Shown: one piece after another, positions 29,416 through 37,561 of the stretch | Numbering within the stretch: the stretch's first letter is position 1 | How the letters are laid out: each line of letters begins with the position of its first letter | Origin: an uncultured Bacillota bacterium | GTDB taxonomy: Bacteria; Bacillota_I; Bacilli_A; RFN20; CAG-288 | Assembly: GCA_949300365.1 (NCBI GenBank) | Contig: CASGEC010000001.1 | Span: 313,980-377,979, forward strand | DNA: 64,000 nt | Direction of reading: 5' to 3' | Program-made: the position numbers and the translations under genes | The notes under the pieces: generated by a model | The model's database searches: none | What the model was told of the DNA's origin: nothing | The model's input: only the letters and a program-made list of their open reading frames with translations

Positions 29416-29486
29416 TTTGCCTTATGGAAAGAAAAGAATTACAATGGACTAAGATTTCTTGGCTTTTTTTCCTTGTGAGGGCTTTT

Positions 29487-30809
29487 ATGGAGATATTCAA
29501 CAATGTCGTCTGGTGGTTGAACATTCTTGTCATTATCCTGGTGGGTTCCTGCTTTGTCTTCCAGCTTCTTTTCATGGCGCTCTTCTTCCTCAAGCCCCGG
29601 AAGTATCCCAAGGCGAAGAAATTCCATGACTTCACTTTCATCATCCGCGCCCGCAACGAGGAGGATGTCATCGCCGACTGCATCGATTCCTGCCTCAAGG
29701 TCGACTATCCTGTTGAAAAGAAGCATGTCGTCGTCTTCTGCCACAACTGCACGGACCAGACGGCCGAGATCGCCAGGAAGCACGGGGCAAAGGCCATCGA
29801 GATCTTCGATAGCCATCCCGATCACCAGAAGGCGAGCTATTGCATGTCCTTGGGCATGAAGGAACTGAAGAAGGAAGGCGAAGGAAAATATGAATACTTC
29901 CTCTTTGTCGATGCCGACAACCAGGTCGATTCCAAATATCTCCTTGCCTGCAACGATGCCGTCGACGATGGCGTGGAACTGGGAAGGACGTTCGAGAACT
30001 CCAAGAACCTCACGGACAACATGCTCTCCTGCATGACCGGCCTTTGGTATGCCAGGGACGATCGCTTTGCCTGCCGCGGGAGAAGCGCCTTGGGCTTTGG
30101 CTGCGTCATGAACGGCTGCGCCTCCATGGTCAAGGCCGAATACGCCTTGGACTGGGATGCGATGTCGACTTCCGACGATATCGAGTTCACGATCAACAGG
30201 CTCCTCAAGGACGAGAAGAAGGTCGAGTATATCGACGAGGCAATTGTCTACGAGGATCAGCCGACGACGCTCGATGATGTCTTCAAGCGCAATTCCCGTA
30301 TGGGAAACGGACTCAACAAGCTCTTCTGGAGCAAAGGAATTGCCTGTTTCCGGATGTTCTTCCGTAACCTCTTCCGCAAGGACATGGACTGGGGGACGAA
30401 GTTCTCCTACCTGGACCAGTTCTTCAATCTCGCCACGATTCCGGCCGCCTTCCTTGCCGTTGCCTGGTTCCCGCTTTATTATATCTATACCTTGATCTGG
30501 GTCGGTATCAACGGCCCTCTTGAAATCTTTGGCCTTGGCACTTTCGGCTTGCGGTGGTTCCTACTCTTTATCATCATCGTCGTAGCCCTCTGCTATATCA
30601 TTCCCTTCCTGGTCCAGCCTCTTGTCTCCTATCTTGCCGAAAGGAAGAGGCTTATCGTCACCAACAAGAAGGTCCTCTGGCTTTCCATCCTCTTCTTCCC
30701 TTCCTTCATGGTCGTCAATGCCATCGCCATCATCAAGGGCATCCTGACAAAGCCCAAATGGCATAAGCTCAAGCGCTCCAAGACGAAGGTCAATATCGAC
30801 GGCAAATGA
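29487..30809 (+). CDS. Membrane-embedded family-2 glycosyltransferase (processive synthase-like)
   Basis: ORF 29424..30809. I prefer ATG 29487. N-terminal TM, GT-A core with FVDADN (DxD) and SDDIEF, a KRNSRMGNG segment in place of QxxRW, and four C-terminal TM helices. Confidence 0.8.
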   Translation: MEIFNNVVWWLNILVIILVGSCFVFQLLFMALFFLKPRKYPKAKKFHDFTFIIRARNEEDVIADCIDSCLKVDYPVEKKHVVVFCHNCTDQTAEIARKHGAKAIEIFDSHPDHQKASYCMSLGMKELKKEGEGKYEYFLFVDADNQVDSKYLLACNDAVDDGVELGRTFENSKNLTDNMLSCMTGLWYARDDRFACRGRSALGFGCVMNGCASMVKAEYALDWDAMSTSDDIEFTINRLLKDEKKVEYIDEAIVYEDQPTTLDDVFKRNSRMGNGLNKLFWSKGIACFRMFFRNLFRKDMDWGTKFSYLDQFFNLATIPAAFLAVAWFPLYYIYTLIWVGINGPLEIFGLGTFGLRWFLLFIIIVVALCYIIPFLVQPLVSYLAERKRLIVTNKKVLWLSILFFPSFMVVNAIAIIKGILTKPKWHKLKRSKTKVNIDGK

Positions 30810-31558
30810 AGAAGGAAGCAATCCTATTCGTCCACGGCATCGCCGGCTCTCCCTGTGTCTTTGACTTCATGAAGGCGTCTCTCCCTAAGGATGTGGACGT
30901 CTTTTTCAAGACCTTGGAAGGCCATGGAGAGGACTATAAAGACTTCTCCCATTGCCGCTATCCCTTGTGGATCAAGGACGTGGAAAGGACGCTTTTGGAA
31001 ATCCTTGACGATCACGAAAAGGTCTTTCTTGTCGGCCATTCCATGGGCTGCCTTCTTTCCCTGGAGATGGTGCGTCGGCACAGTGAAAGAATCTCCGGCC
31101 TATTCCTTCTTTGTCCACCGATCAAGATCGGAGTAAGGATCAAACCCATGCTGAAGACATGCTTCTCTGCCCTCACCGGGAAGGAAAGCAAGGATGAATC
31201 CGTAAGGGAAGCCCATCGCTGCAGCGGCCTGCCGCTTTCGAAAAATCCCTTCTCCTATTTTCCCTGGGCGGCCCCGTTCTTAAGTCTTCTTATCCATGTT
31301 CCCAAGGAGAGGAAGAAACTTGAAAAGCCGAGTGTAAACTGTGTTGCTTTCGTCTCCCAAAAGGACGAACTCGTTTCCCCAAAGTCATCAAAATACCTGG
31401 AAAGGGCCGGGATCGAAACGATTCGGCTAGAGAATTCCGGACACTATCTCTTCTCTTTGGATGACCAAAAGACAATCCTAGAGAGGTGGCAGCGATTTTT
31501 GACCGATAGCCAAGAAATGGACGACAAGTGGAGAAAAAAGGACATCGATGTCGTATAA
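30806..31558 (+). CDS. Alpha/beta-hydrolase (esterase/lipase-like)
   Basis: 250 aa. Nucleophile elbow GHSMG. ATGA overlap with the GT2 gene. Confidence 0.8.
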   Translation: MKKEAILFVHGIAGSPCVFDFMKASLPKDVDVFFKTLEGHGEDYKDFSHCRYPLWIKDVERTLLEILDDHEKVFLVGHSMGCLLSLEMVRRHSERISGLFLLCPPIKIGVRIKPMLKTCFSALTGKESKDESVREAHRCSGLPLSKNPFSYFPWAAPFLSLLIHVPKERKKLEKPSVNCVAFVSQKDELVSPKSSKYLERAGIETIRLENSGHYLFSLDDQKTILERWQRFLTDSQEMDDKWRKKDIDVV

Positions 31559-31583
31559 TGATGCCGATGGAGGAAACCTATTC

Positions 31584-31811
31584 ATGAAGAAATGGTTCAA
31601 CAGCTGTGGCCGTCTCGTTCAGATCATCCTGCTCATCATCCCTATCGTCGGCTGGATCGTCGAAATCCTTGTCCGCGCCGATGACTTCATTTCCGACAAG
31701 AATCTCTCCAGCCTTCTCTTCTTCATCCTCTTCCTTGTCTTCGGTGCCATCCTCGCCTACGTCGATCTTGTCTGGGTCCTTCTCTTCAACCATCTCATCG
31801 GCGCAAAGTAG
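31584..31811 (+). CDS. Small two-TM membrane protein (75 aa), function unknown
   Basis: ATG 31584 behind SD GGAGGA. MKKWFNSCGRLVQIILLIIPIVGWIVEIL...LFFILFLVFGAILAYVDLVWVLLF. Confidence 0.6.
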   Translation: MKKWFNSCGRLVQIILLIIPIVGWIVEILVRADDFISDKNLSSLLFFILFLVFGAILAYVDLVWVLLFNHLIGAK

Positions 31812-31816
31812 CTGGC

Positions 31817-31839
31817 AATGGGGGAAACCCCATTTTTTT
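31817..31839 (+). terminator. Rho-independent terminator after the GT2-esterase-small protein cluster
   Basis: AATGGGG-gaaa-CCCCATT followed by a T run. Confidence 0.75.
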
Positions 31840-31879
31840 CTTTCCCGTATTCGCAAAACGATTCCCTTTCGCAATAGTT

Positions 31880-31907
31880 TTGACAACAAACCTTTGCTAA
31901 ATATAGA
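31880..31907 (+). promoter_or_regulatory. Sigma-70-type promoter TTGACA-N16-TATAGA
   Basis: TTGACA at 31880-31885 and TATAGA at 31902-31907. It lies upstream of the lipoprotein/ABC pair. Confidence 0.5.
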
Positions 31908-31923
31908 GGAAATGTTGGAAAAT

Positions 31924-31955
31924 AGAGGGCAGACACCGAACATGCCCTCTTTTTT
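31924..31955 (+). terminator. Terminator-like hairpin inside the 5-prime leader of the lipoprotein/ABC operon (attenuator or sRNA 3-prime end)
   Basis: AGAGGGCA-(11 nt)-TGCCCTCT-TTTTTG. It begins ~15 nt after the predicted TSS and ends 24 nt before ATG 31979. Confidence 0.5.
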
Positions 31956-31978
31956 GACGAAAGGATTTTCAACAAAAC

Positions 31979-33052
31979 ATGAAAAAAGGTAATTTGCTTC
32001 TTGCCCTTCCGGCCTTCTTCCTTCTTGCTTCCTGCAATAATGCCGGACCAGTGGCAACAACGCCTATCGAAAATACGACGACCCCCGACAAAAACACCAC
32101 TCCTGAGGAAAACGCAACGACTCCAACGGAGCCTGGCAAGCCCACTCCCGAAATCCCGACCTATGATGGCGTTTCCGGAACACCGGCTCCCATCCTCCTT
32201 CCTAAGAAGGCGCCCAAGGACTACGAGGGCTTCACGCCGATGGACGTGATCGATGATCCCTTTGCCGCCTATACCTTCATCGACCATTCCCTTGCCAATT
32301 CCGACTTCTATTCCGTCACCAGCGGAAAGACGACAACCAAGGTTCTCGGCCTCGAATACACCCAGGGCATCACGAGTCTCCGTGCTTTTGTCGGAACGGC
32401 TGGCCTTAACCAGGTCACGGCCCTTTCCACGGGCGCTCTTTCCGGTCTTTCCGTCAATACGGTCGAGCAGCGCTATGAGGATGTCGACCAGGGTATCTAT
32501 GGCTACCGCAAGGGAGACAGCAAGACCTGTACCATCGACGATGACAACATCGCCACCATCGAGAAGTGGAATGCCCCGGATCCCGGCGTGGACTCCCGCT
32601 CGACTTTCCTTGAGACCTTTGGGCACGATATCTGCGGCTTGACCAACTACTATGTTCCGAGCGCGGATTACATCAAGTCCGGAGAGCTGGAATCCATGGA
32701 AAAGGATAGCTATGTCTTTGCCTTCGATTTCAACGTCGAGGAGGGAAAGAACGCCGGACAGTACTACCTCAACGAGCAGAGGCACATGATCACTTCTTCC
32801 GGCATCGGTGCCGGCAACGTCGAACTGACGATCGATACCCTCCATGTCGAGGTGACCGTCGACAAGAATTTCCTTCCCCAGAAAATGACGGTCGTCGAGA
32901 CCTATAGCGGAAAGATCCAGAACCTCAGCAGCTCGATGAAACTGACTTCCAACCTGACGACCACCTTCCATGTCTTCGAGGACGGCACGATTCCTGAAAA
33001 GAAGGTCCAGGACATCTTCACCGAGGCCCAGGAAGCCTTCAAGGAAAACTGA
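31979..33052 (+). CDS. Lipoprotein (357 aa) with Thr/Pro-rich tether, function unknown
   Basis: MKKGNLLLALPAFFLLASC lipobox. The tether contains TTPIENTTTP, identical to a segment of the 12976 lipoprotein. Confidence 0.8.
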   Translation: MKKGNLLLALPAFFLLASCNNAGPVATTPIENTTTPDKNTTPEENATTPTEPGKPTPEIPTYDGVSGTPAPILLPKKAPKDYEGFTPMDVIDDPFAAYTFIDHSLANSDFYSVTSGKTTTKVLGLEYTQGITSLRAFVGTAGLNQVTALSTGALSGLSVNTVEQRYEDVDQGIYGYRKGDSKTCTIDDDNIATIEKWNAPDPGVDSRSTFLETFGHDICGLTNYYVPSADYIKSGELESMEKDSYVFAFDFNVEEGKNAGQYYLNEQRHMITSSGIGAGNVELTIDTLHVEVTVDKNFLPQKMTVVETYSGKIQNLSSSMKLTSNLTTTFHVFEDGTIPEKKVQDIFTEAQEAFKEN

Positions 33053-33053
33053 A

Positions 33054-35435
33054 ATGATCGAAATCCGGAATCTCCACAAGTCCTATCGCGTCAAGGGCGA
33101 GAAGCCGGTCGAGGCCCTCAAGGGAATCGACATCGTCCTTCCCGATACGGGTTTCGTCTTCGTCCTGGGCAAATCCGGCTCGGGAAAGAGTACCCTCCTA
33201 AATGTCTTGGGGGGTTTGGATTCCTTCGATGAAGGCGACCTCATCCTCTTTGGAAAGTCCGCCAAGACCTTTTCCATGCGGGACTACAATTCCTACCGCA
33301 GCGAATATGTCGGCTTCATCTTCCAGGAATACAACATCCTTCCGCATCTGAGCGTCTTTGACAATGTCGCCCTCGCCCTCCAGATCCAGGGAAGGGAACC
33401 CAAGGCCGAGGAAATCGATGCCATCCTGAAGAAGGTCGGTATTTTCGAATTGAGGGACAGGAAGCCGAGCCAGCTCTCCGGTGGACAGAAGCAGAGGGTG
33501 GCCATCGCACGCGCCCTTGTCAAGAAACCCAAGGTCATCCTTGCCGACGAGCCGACAGGGGCCCTGGACAACCAGAACACGAAGGATATCTTCAACCTTC
33601 TTTCCGAACTCAGCAAGGAATGCCTAATTGTCTGCGTCACCCACGATGGCGCCTATGCCGAAAGGTATGCCGACAGGATCATCCGTCTCAAGAACGGCTG
33701 TGTCATCGGGGACTATACCAAGGAAGAAAACGTCCGCAAGCCGATCAAAGGATCCGGCGATGTCTTTTCCGTTTCCAAGGGCCTTCTTGAAATCGCCTCG
33801 ATGGAAAATCTCCAGGAAAAGGACATCCAGGCCATCAAGAACGTCACGAAGGGCAGCAATGGAAAGACCTATGTCGCCTATGGGGACAAGATCCGCTTTC
33901 CTATCGACCTCATCGAGGGCGACGATGCCGAGACGATTCCCTATGGCTTTGCCGCGACCAAGATGGAGGATATCCACGCCTCTGTCGACAAGGACAACCG
34001 GTATCAGAGCGGCAACAGCCACCTCTCCTTGTTGACCATCCTGAAGATGGGCGCGGAGAATATCACCCACGGCATATCCCGCCTCTGCTTCACCATCATC
34101 CTTTCCATCCTCGCCTTTACGATGCTCGGCGTTGTCTCGGCTGTCTCTAGCTTTGATTCCCGTGCCGCCTTTGCTAGCTCCACCGATCTCTATTCCCAGC
34201 AGAGCATGGCCATCACGAAGGTCTTCTATTCGGATGAGGGAAACGCCTCGACGGAGGCCTATCTCAATGACAAGGACTTCACTGCCGTCAGGGAGCAGTT
34301 CCCCGAAAGCCTTCCTTCCTACCGGGCCATCGCCTGCAGTCTGGAGTCGAACCTTGTCGAGACGGAATTGTTGGAAGAAAACGACTACCTCCGCTCCTCC
34401 CTTCTTTCCGTGACCCTTTTGGATGAAGAAACGTCCCTTGAGGACTTCGGCCTGACCTTATCGGGAAAGAGACCGACAAAGGCCGATGAGGTCGTCTTGA
34501 CTAACTACCACCTCTCCCTCTTCTCCCAGGTCGGTGTCTCCTTTGTCGATGGAAGCACGATCGAGAAAGGAAAGGAAGTCACGTCCGAGGATGTTATCGG
34601 CAAGGAAATCCGCCTCTCGAGCCTTTCGGAGGAACCCTTTACCGTCACCGGCGTCTTGTCGACCGACCTTACGTTGGAGGATCTTGTCTCTGCCTATACC
34701 GATCCCACCTATGTTCCCGATACCCTGTCCCGCTCTTCCATCATCCGCAACTATTTCCGCAACGGACCGGCCTTGACCTGCTATCTTTCCCCTTCCATCC
34801 TGGAGGATCCGGATCGCTTTGGACTTCTTTCCCCGACGGGAGAGGAGATTTCCTTCGTCCTTGTCCCGACGGATGGGGGAAAGTCCCTTGACGATATCTT
34901 CGACTTCTCGAAGAAGCGTTTCGACCTGACCGAGACAGCGGAGGACAATGTCGCCCAGGGCTTTGTACCCTCTACCCCTGTCTATACGGCCCTCAACGGG
35001 GCAGGCTTCCGCAATTCCTTCTCCACCATCACCGAGATCGGGCTCTATGCCGCCATTGCCCTTGCCGTCCTTTCCATCCTCATCACCATGAACTACATGT
35101 TCACCTCGATTGCCTTCAAGAAGGAGGAGATCGGTGTCCTGAAGGGCCTTGGCTCCCGCAGCACGGACATCTTTGGCATCTTTGCCATCCAGGCCGTGAT
35201 CCTGGGTGTCTTCAACTTCGCCCTTTCCGCCCTTCTTTCCTTCTTCGTCATCAACTTCCTGGATTCCTTCCTGGGCGCCTTCTTTTCCATCCCGCTCCAC
35301 CTCATCGGCTTCAATCTCGTGACGGCCGGCTTGCTCCTTCTTGTCTCCGTCCTCATCGCCCTCCTCTCCGCCCTGATTCCCTCCTATTCCATCGCCTCGA
35401 TGAAACCTGTCGATGCCATGAAAAGGAACATTTAG
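33054..35435 (+). CDS. Fused ABC transporter: MacB/LolD-type ATPase plus FtsX-type permease in one polypeptide
   Basis: ATG 33054 lies 1 nt after the lipoprotein stop. Walker [10 protein letters not shown], signature LSGGQKQR, Walker [13 protein letters not shown] long extracytoplasmic region and a C-terminal FtsX-like 3-TM bundle follow. Confidence 0.88.
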   Translation: MIEIRNLHKSYRVKGEKPVEALKGIDIVLPDTGFVFVLGKSGSGKSTLLNVLGGLDSFDEGDLILFGKSAKTFSMRDYNSYRSEYVGFIFQEYNILPHLSVFDNVALALQIQGREPKAEEIDAILKKVGIFELRDRKPSQLSGGQKQRVAIARALVKKPKVILADEPTGALDNQNTKDIFNLLSELSKECLIVCVTHDGAYAERYADRIIRLKNGCVIGDYTKEENVRKPIKGSGDVFSVSKGLLEIASMENLQEKDIQAIKNVTKGSNGKTYVAYGDKIRFPIDLIEGDDAETIPYGFAATKMEDIHASVDKDNRYQSGNSHLSLLTILKMGAENITHGISRLCFTIILSILAFTMLGVVSAVSSFDSRAAFASSTDLYSQQSMAITKVFYSDEGNASTEAYLNDKDFTAVREQFPESLPSYRAIACSLESNLVETELLEENDYLRSSLLSVTLLDEETSLEDFGLTLSGKRPTKADEVVLTNYHLSLFSQVGVSFVDGSTIEKGKEVTSEDVIGKEIRLSSLSEEPFTVTGVLSTDLTLEDLVSAYTDPTYVPDTLSRSSIIRNYFRNGPALTCYLSPSILEDPDRFGLLSPTGEEISFVLVPTDGGKSLDDIFDFSKKRFDLTETAEDNVAQGFVPSTPVYTALNGAGFRNSFSTITEIGLYAAIALAVLSILITMNYMFTSIAFKKEEIGVLKGLGSRSTDIFGIFAIQAVILGVFNFALSALLSFFVINFLDSFLGAFFSIPLHLIGFNLVTAGLLLLVSVLIALLSALIPSYSIASMKPVDAMKRNI

Positions 35436-35548
35436 CATAGCCTCTCCCCTGAAAGGACTTTTGATGCCGTGATTGTCGGAATTTCAGCAAAAAACGATTC
35501 TCTTTTTTCGGCTCTTGTCTTAGAATAGACGCAAGGAGAGAATTGAAA

Positions 35549-35956
35549 ATGGCGATCGACAAAGAACTGGCGTTGAAGGTATGGGAAGCGATATTCGGAG
35601 ACAAGGAAGTCGTTGCGGACTGCTTTGGAGCCTACATGAAGAAGGATGCCTATTCCGAGACTCCAGTCCTCTGCACTTCCTCCCGGGATGGCCGCGTCTA
35701 TGACTACAGCTGGACTCTGGCCCATATCCGCCCTGTCTCGAGCTTCGAGGATCCGACGAAGGCCGACAGCCTCAACAACCTCGAACCCGTCATGCGCCTT
35801 TCCGCCCTGGAGATGAATGCCTATCCGGAATTCACCGTCCGCGGAAAGAAGTACCATGTCGTCCCCTGCTTTGGCTATGATGGCTATGGCATCGAGGACG
35901 AGGATGGCAAGCGCGTCGACTGGAAGGGCCGTGAGAAGAGGATGTTCTCCGAATAA
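35549..35956 (+). CDS. Small HNH-like (beta-beta-alpha-Me) family protein with an altered catalytic motif
   Basis: ATG 35549 lies 8 nt after SD AAGGAGAG. ELALKVWEAIFGDKEVVADCFG...YSWTLAHIRPVSS...NNLEPV...EMNAYPEF resembles, from memory, a family of small stand-alone HNH proteins (A..W...FG...GW.IDHI.P...NL...N.eK). The DH motif reads AH here. Confidence 0.4.
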   Translation: MAIDKELALKVWEAIFGDKEVVADCFGAYMKKDAYSETPVLCTSSRDGRVYDYSWTLAHIRPVSSFEDPTKADSLNNLEPVMRLSALEMNAYPEFTVRGKKYHVVPCFGYDGYGIEDEDGKRVDWKGREKRMFSE

Positions 35957-35972
35957 TAGGAATCGTCTTTCC

Positions 35973-35998
35973 GGGAGCCTTCGGGCTCCCTTTTTCTT
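35973..35998 (+). terminator. Rho-independent terminator
   Basis: GGGAGCC-TTCG-GGCTCCC-TTTTTCTTTT. Confidence 0.85.
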
Positions 35999-36112
35999 TT
36001 GAAAAGAGACAGAAACTGGAATTCATGTAAGCGAATTCATGCGCCACCGCAGAAAAAAACGAATACAATGGGAAAGACTCCGGAATACGGAGAGAAATCG
36101 AGGAAAACAAAA

Positions 36113-36562
36113 ATGGCAAAGAAAACCGTCAAGAATACCAAGAAGGTCGATATCCTGAAGACTCCCGAGGGCGTCTGCCTCAACGAGAAGTCCTTCGGCA
36201 AGGTCCACGAGATGAAGAAGGAGACCTCCATCTTCGGCGTCGAGGAATACGTCTATGTCGGCAAGCTCCATCAGGGTGAAGTCACCTTCGTCGGCGGCAA
36301 GGACCTGAAGGATGTCTATCCTTCCAAGGGCGACAACAACCACGGCTATACCTTCGAGGGCAATGCCCAGAAGATCTTCAAGGCCGAGAATGCCCTTGTC
36401 CGCCATTCCGACAGCGAGGATAGGGACTTCGTCTACGTCAACGAGAAGTCTTCCCTGCGCTTTGTCGGCGATAGCCACAAGAACTACGAGATCCACGTCC
36501 GTCTCTACGACAACTGCTACGGCAACGAGAACAACCGCTGGGTCGTCATCTACGCCGACTAA
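36113..36562 (+). CDS. Hypothetical protein (149 aa)
   Basis: ATG 36113 follows GAGGAAAA. MAKKTVKNTKKVDILKTPEGV...NENNRWVVIYAD. No motif I recognise. It has its own terminator. Confidence 0.6.
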   Translation: MAKKTVKNTKKVDILKTPEGVCLNEKSFGKVHEMKKETSIFGVEEYVYVGKLHQGEVTFVGGKDLKDVYPSKGDNNHGYTFEGNAQKIFKAENALVRHSDSEDRDFVYVNEKSSLRFVGDSHKNYEIHVRLYDNCYGNENNRWVVIYAD

Positions 36563-36573
36563 TCATTGGCACG

Positions 36574-36598
36574 AAGGAGCCTTGGGCTCCTTTTTGCT
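36574..36598 (+). terminator. Rho-independent terminator (near-copy of the one at 35973)
   Basis: AAGGAGCC-TTG-GGCTCCTT-TTTGC. Confidence 0.8.
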
Positions 36599-36609
36599 TT
36601 CGGACAATG

Positions 36610-36632
36610 AAAAAGGGGACCTTTTGGTCCCC
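36610..36632 (-). terminator. Rho-independent terminator for the rubredoxin-like mini-gene
   Basis: Minus strand reads GGGGACC-AAAA-GGTCCCC-TTTTT. Confidence 0.75.
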
Positions 36633-36638
36633 ACATGG

Positions 36639-36776
36639 TCAGTCGATCTTTTGGAAATCGCTGGCTGAAGCACCGCACAGCGGACAGATATAGTCAGAAG
36701 GAAGCTCTTCGTCTTCCGTTTCGACGACATATCCGCAGAGCAGGCACTTGAAGTGATGAAGTTTCTTTTCTTCCAT
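36639..36776 (-). CDS. Rubredoxin-like / rubrerythrin-C-terminal-type Cys4 mini-protein (45 aa), absent from the ORF track
   Basis: Own translation gives MEEKKLHHFKCLLCGYVVETEDEELPSDYICPLCGASASDFQKID. The two knuckles are CxxCG and CPxCG. SD AAGGAGGAGG lies 3-4 nt upstream, and a dedicated terminator follows. Confidence 0.7.
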   Translation of the reverse strand: MEEKKLHHFKCLLCGYVVETEDEELPSDYICPLCGASASDFQKID

Positions 36777-36913
36777 GTCCTCCTCCTTTCGTGTACCAGA
36801 TCGGCTCGATCCTATTTAAGCACTTTTCTTTCCCTTTGGAAAGCAAATTGCTTTTTTGGCGTGGAAAGGGTGGTAGAATATCAAACGCGTTTGTGCGCGA
36901 CAGCGAGGTAAAG

Positions 36914-37561
36914 ATGGTGATTGTCATTGGCGGCATGATCGGGCTTGGAAAGACGACGACGGCGAAAATGCTCTCCGAAAGGCTCTCCCTTCCCGTCTAT
37001 TACGAATCCGTTGAGGGAAACAAGGTCCTTCCCCTTTTCTACAAGGCAAGCCCGGAGGAAAAGGCGAAAAACCGCTATCCCTTCCTTCTCCAGCTCTCCT
37101 TCCTTTCCAATCGCTTCGGCTCCATCCGCAAGGCCCTCCTGGAGGACAATGCGATTTTGGACCGGTCTATCTATGAGGATCGGTATTTTGCGTCCCGGAA
37201 CCACGATCTCGGCAATATCTCCGATCTGGAGATGGAAATCTACGATGGCCTTCTCGGGAATCTCATGGCCGACCTTTTGGCCTTGCCGAAGAAGGCGCCG
37301 GATGTCATGGTCTATCTGAAGGGATCCTTCGATACGGTCCTGGAGAGGATCGGCAAGAGGGGACGCTCCTTCGAACTTGGGGATGAGCTTGTCTCCTACT
37401 ACCATTTCCTCTGGGAAGGCTATGACGATTGGGTCTTCTCTTCCTACAAGGCCTCGCCTCTTATCGTCGTCGATGTTGACAAAGTCGACATCCTCCACAA
37501 TCCTTCCGACTTCGACCTCCTTGTCGAGCAGATCAAGAAGGCCGCGGAGAAGAAGGCATGA
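36914..37561 (+). CDS. Deoxynucleoside kinase (dAK/dGK/dCK family)
   Basis: ATG at 36914. P-loop GGMIGLGKTT, DRSIYEDRYF motif, family-typical length (215 aa). Confidence 0.85.
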   Translation: MVIVIGGMIGLGKTTTAKMLSERLSLPVYYESVEGNKVLPLFYKASPEEKAKNRYPFLLQLSFLSNRFGSIRKALLEDNAILDRSIYEDRYFASRNHDLGNISDLEMEIYDGLLGNLMADLLALPKKAPDVMVYLKGSFDTVLERIGKRGRSFELGDELVSYYHFLWEGYDDWVFSSYKASPLIVVDVDKVDILHNPSDFDLLVEQIKKAAEKKA

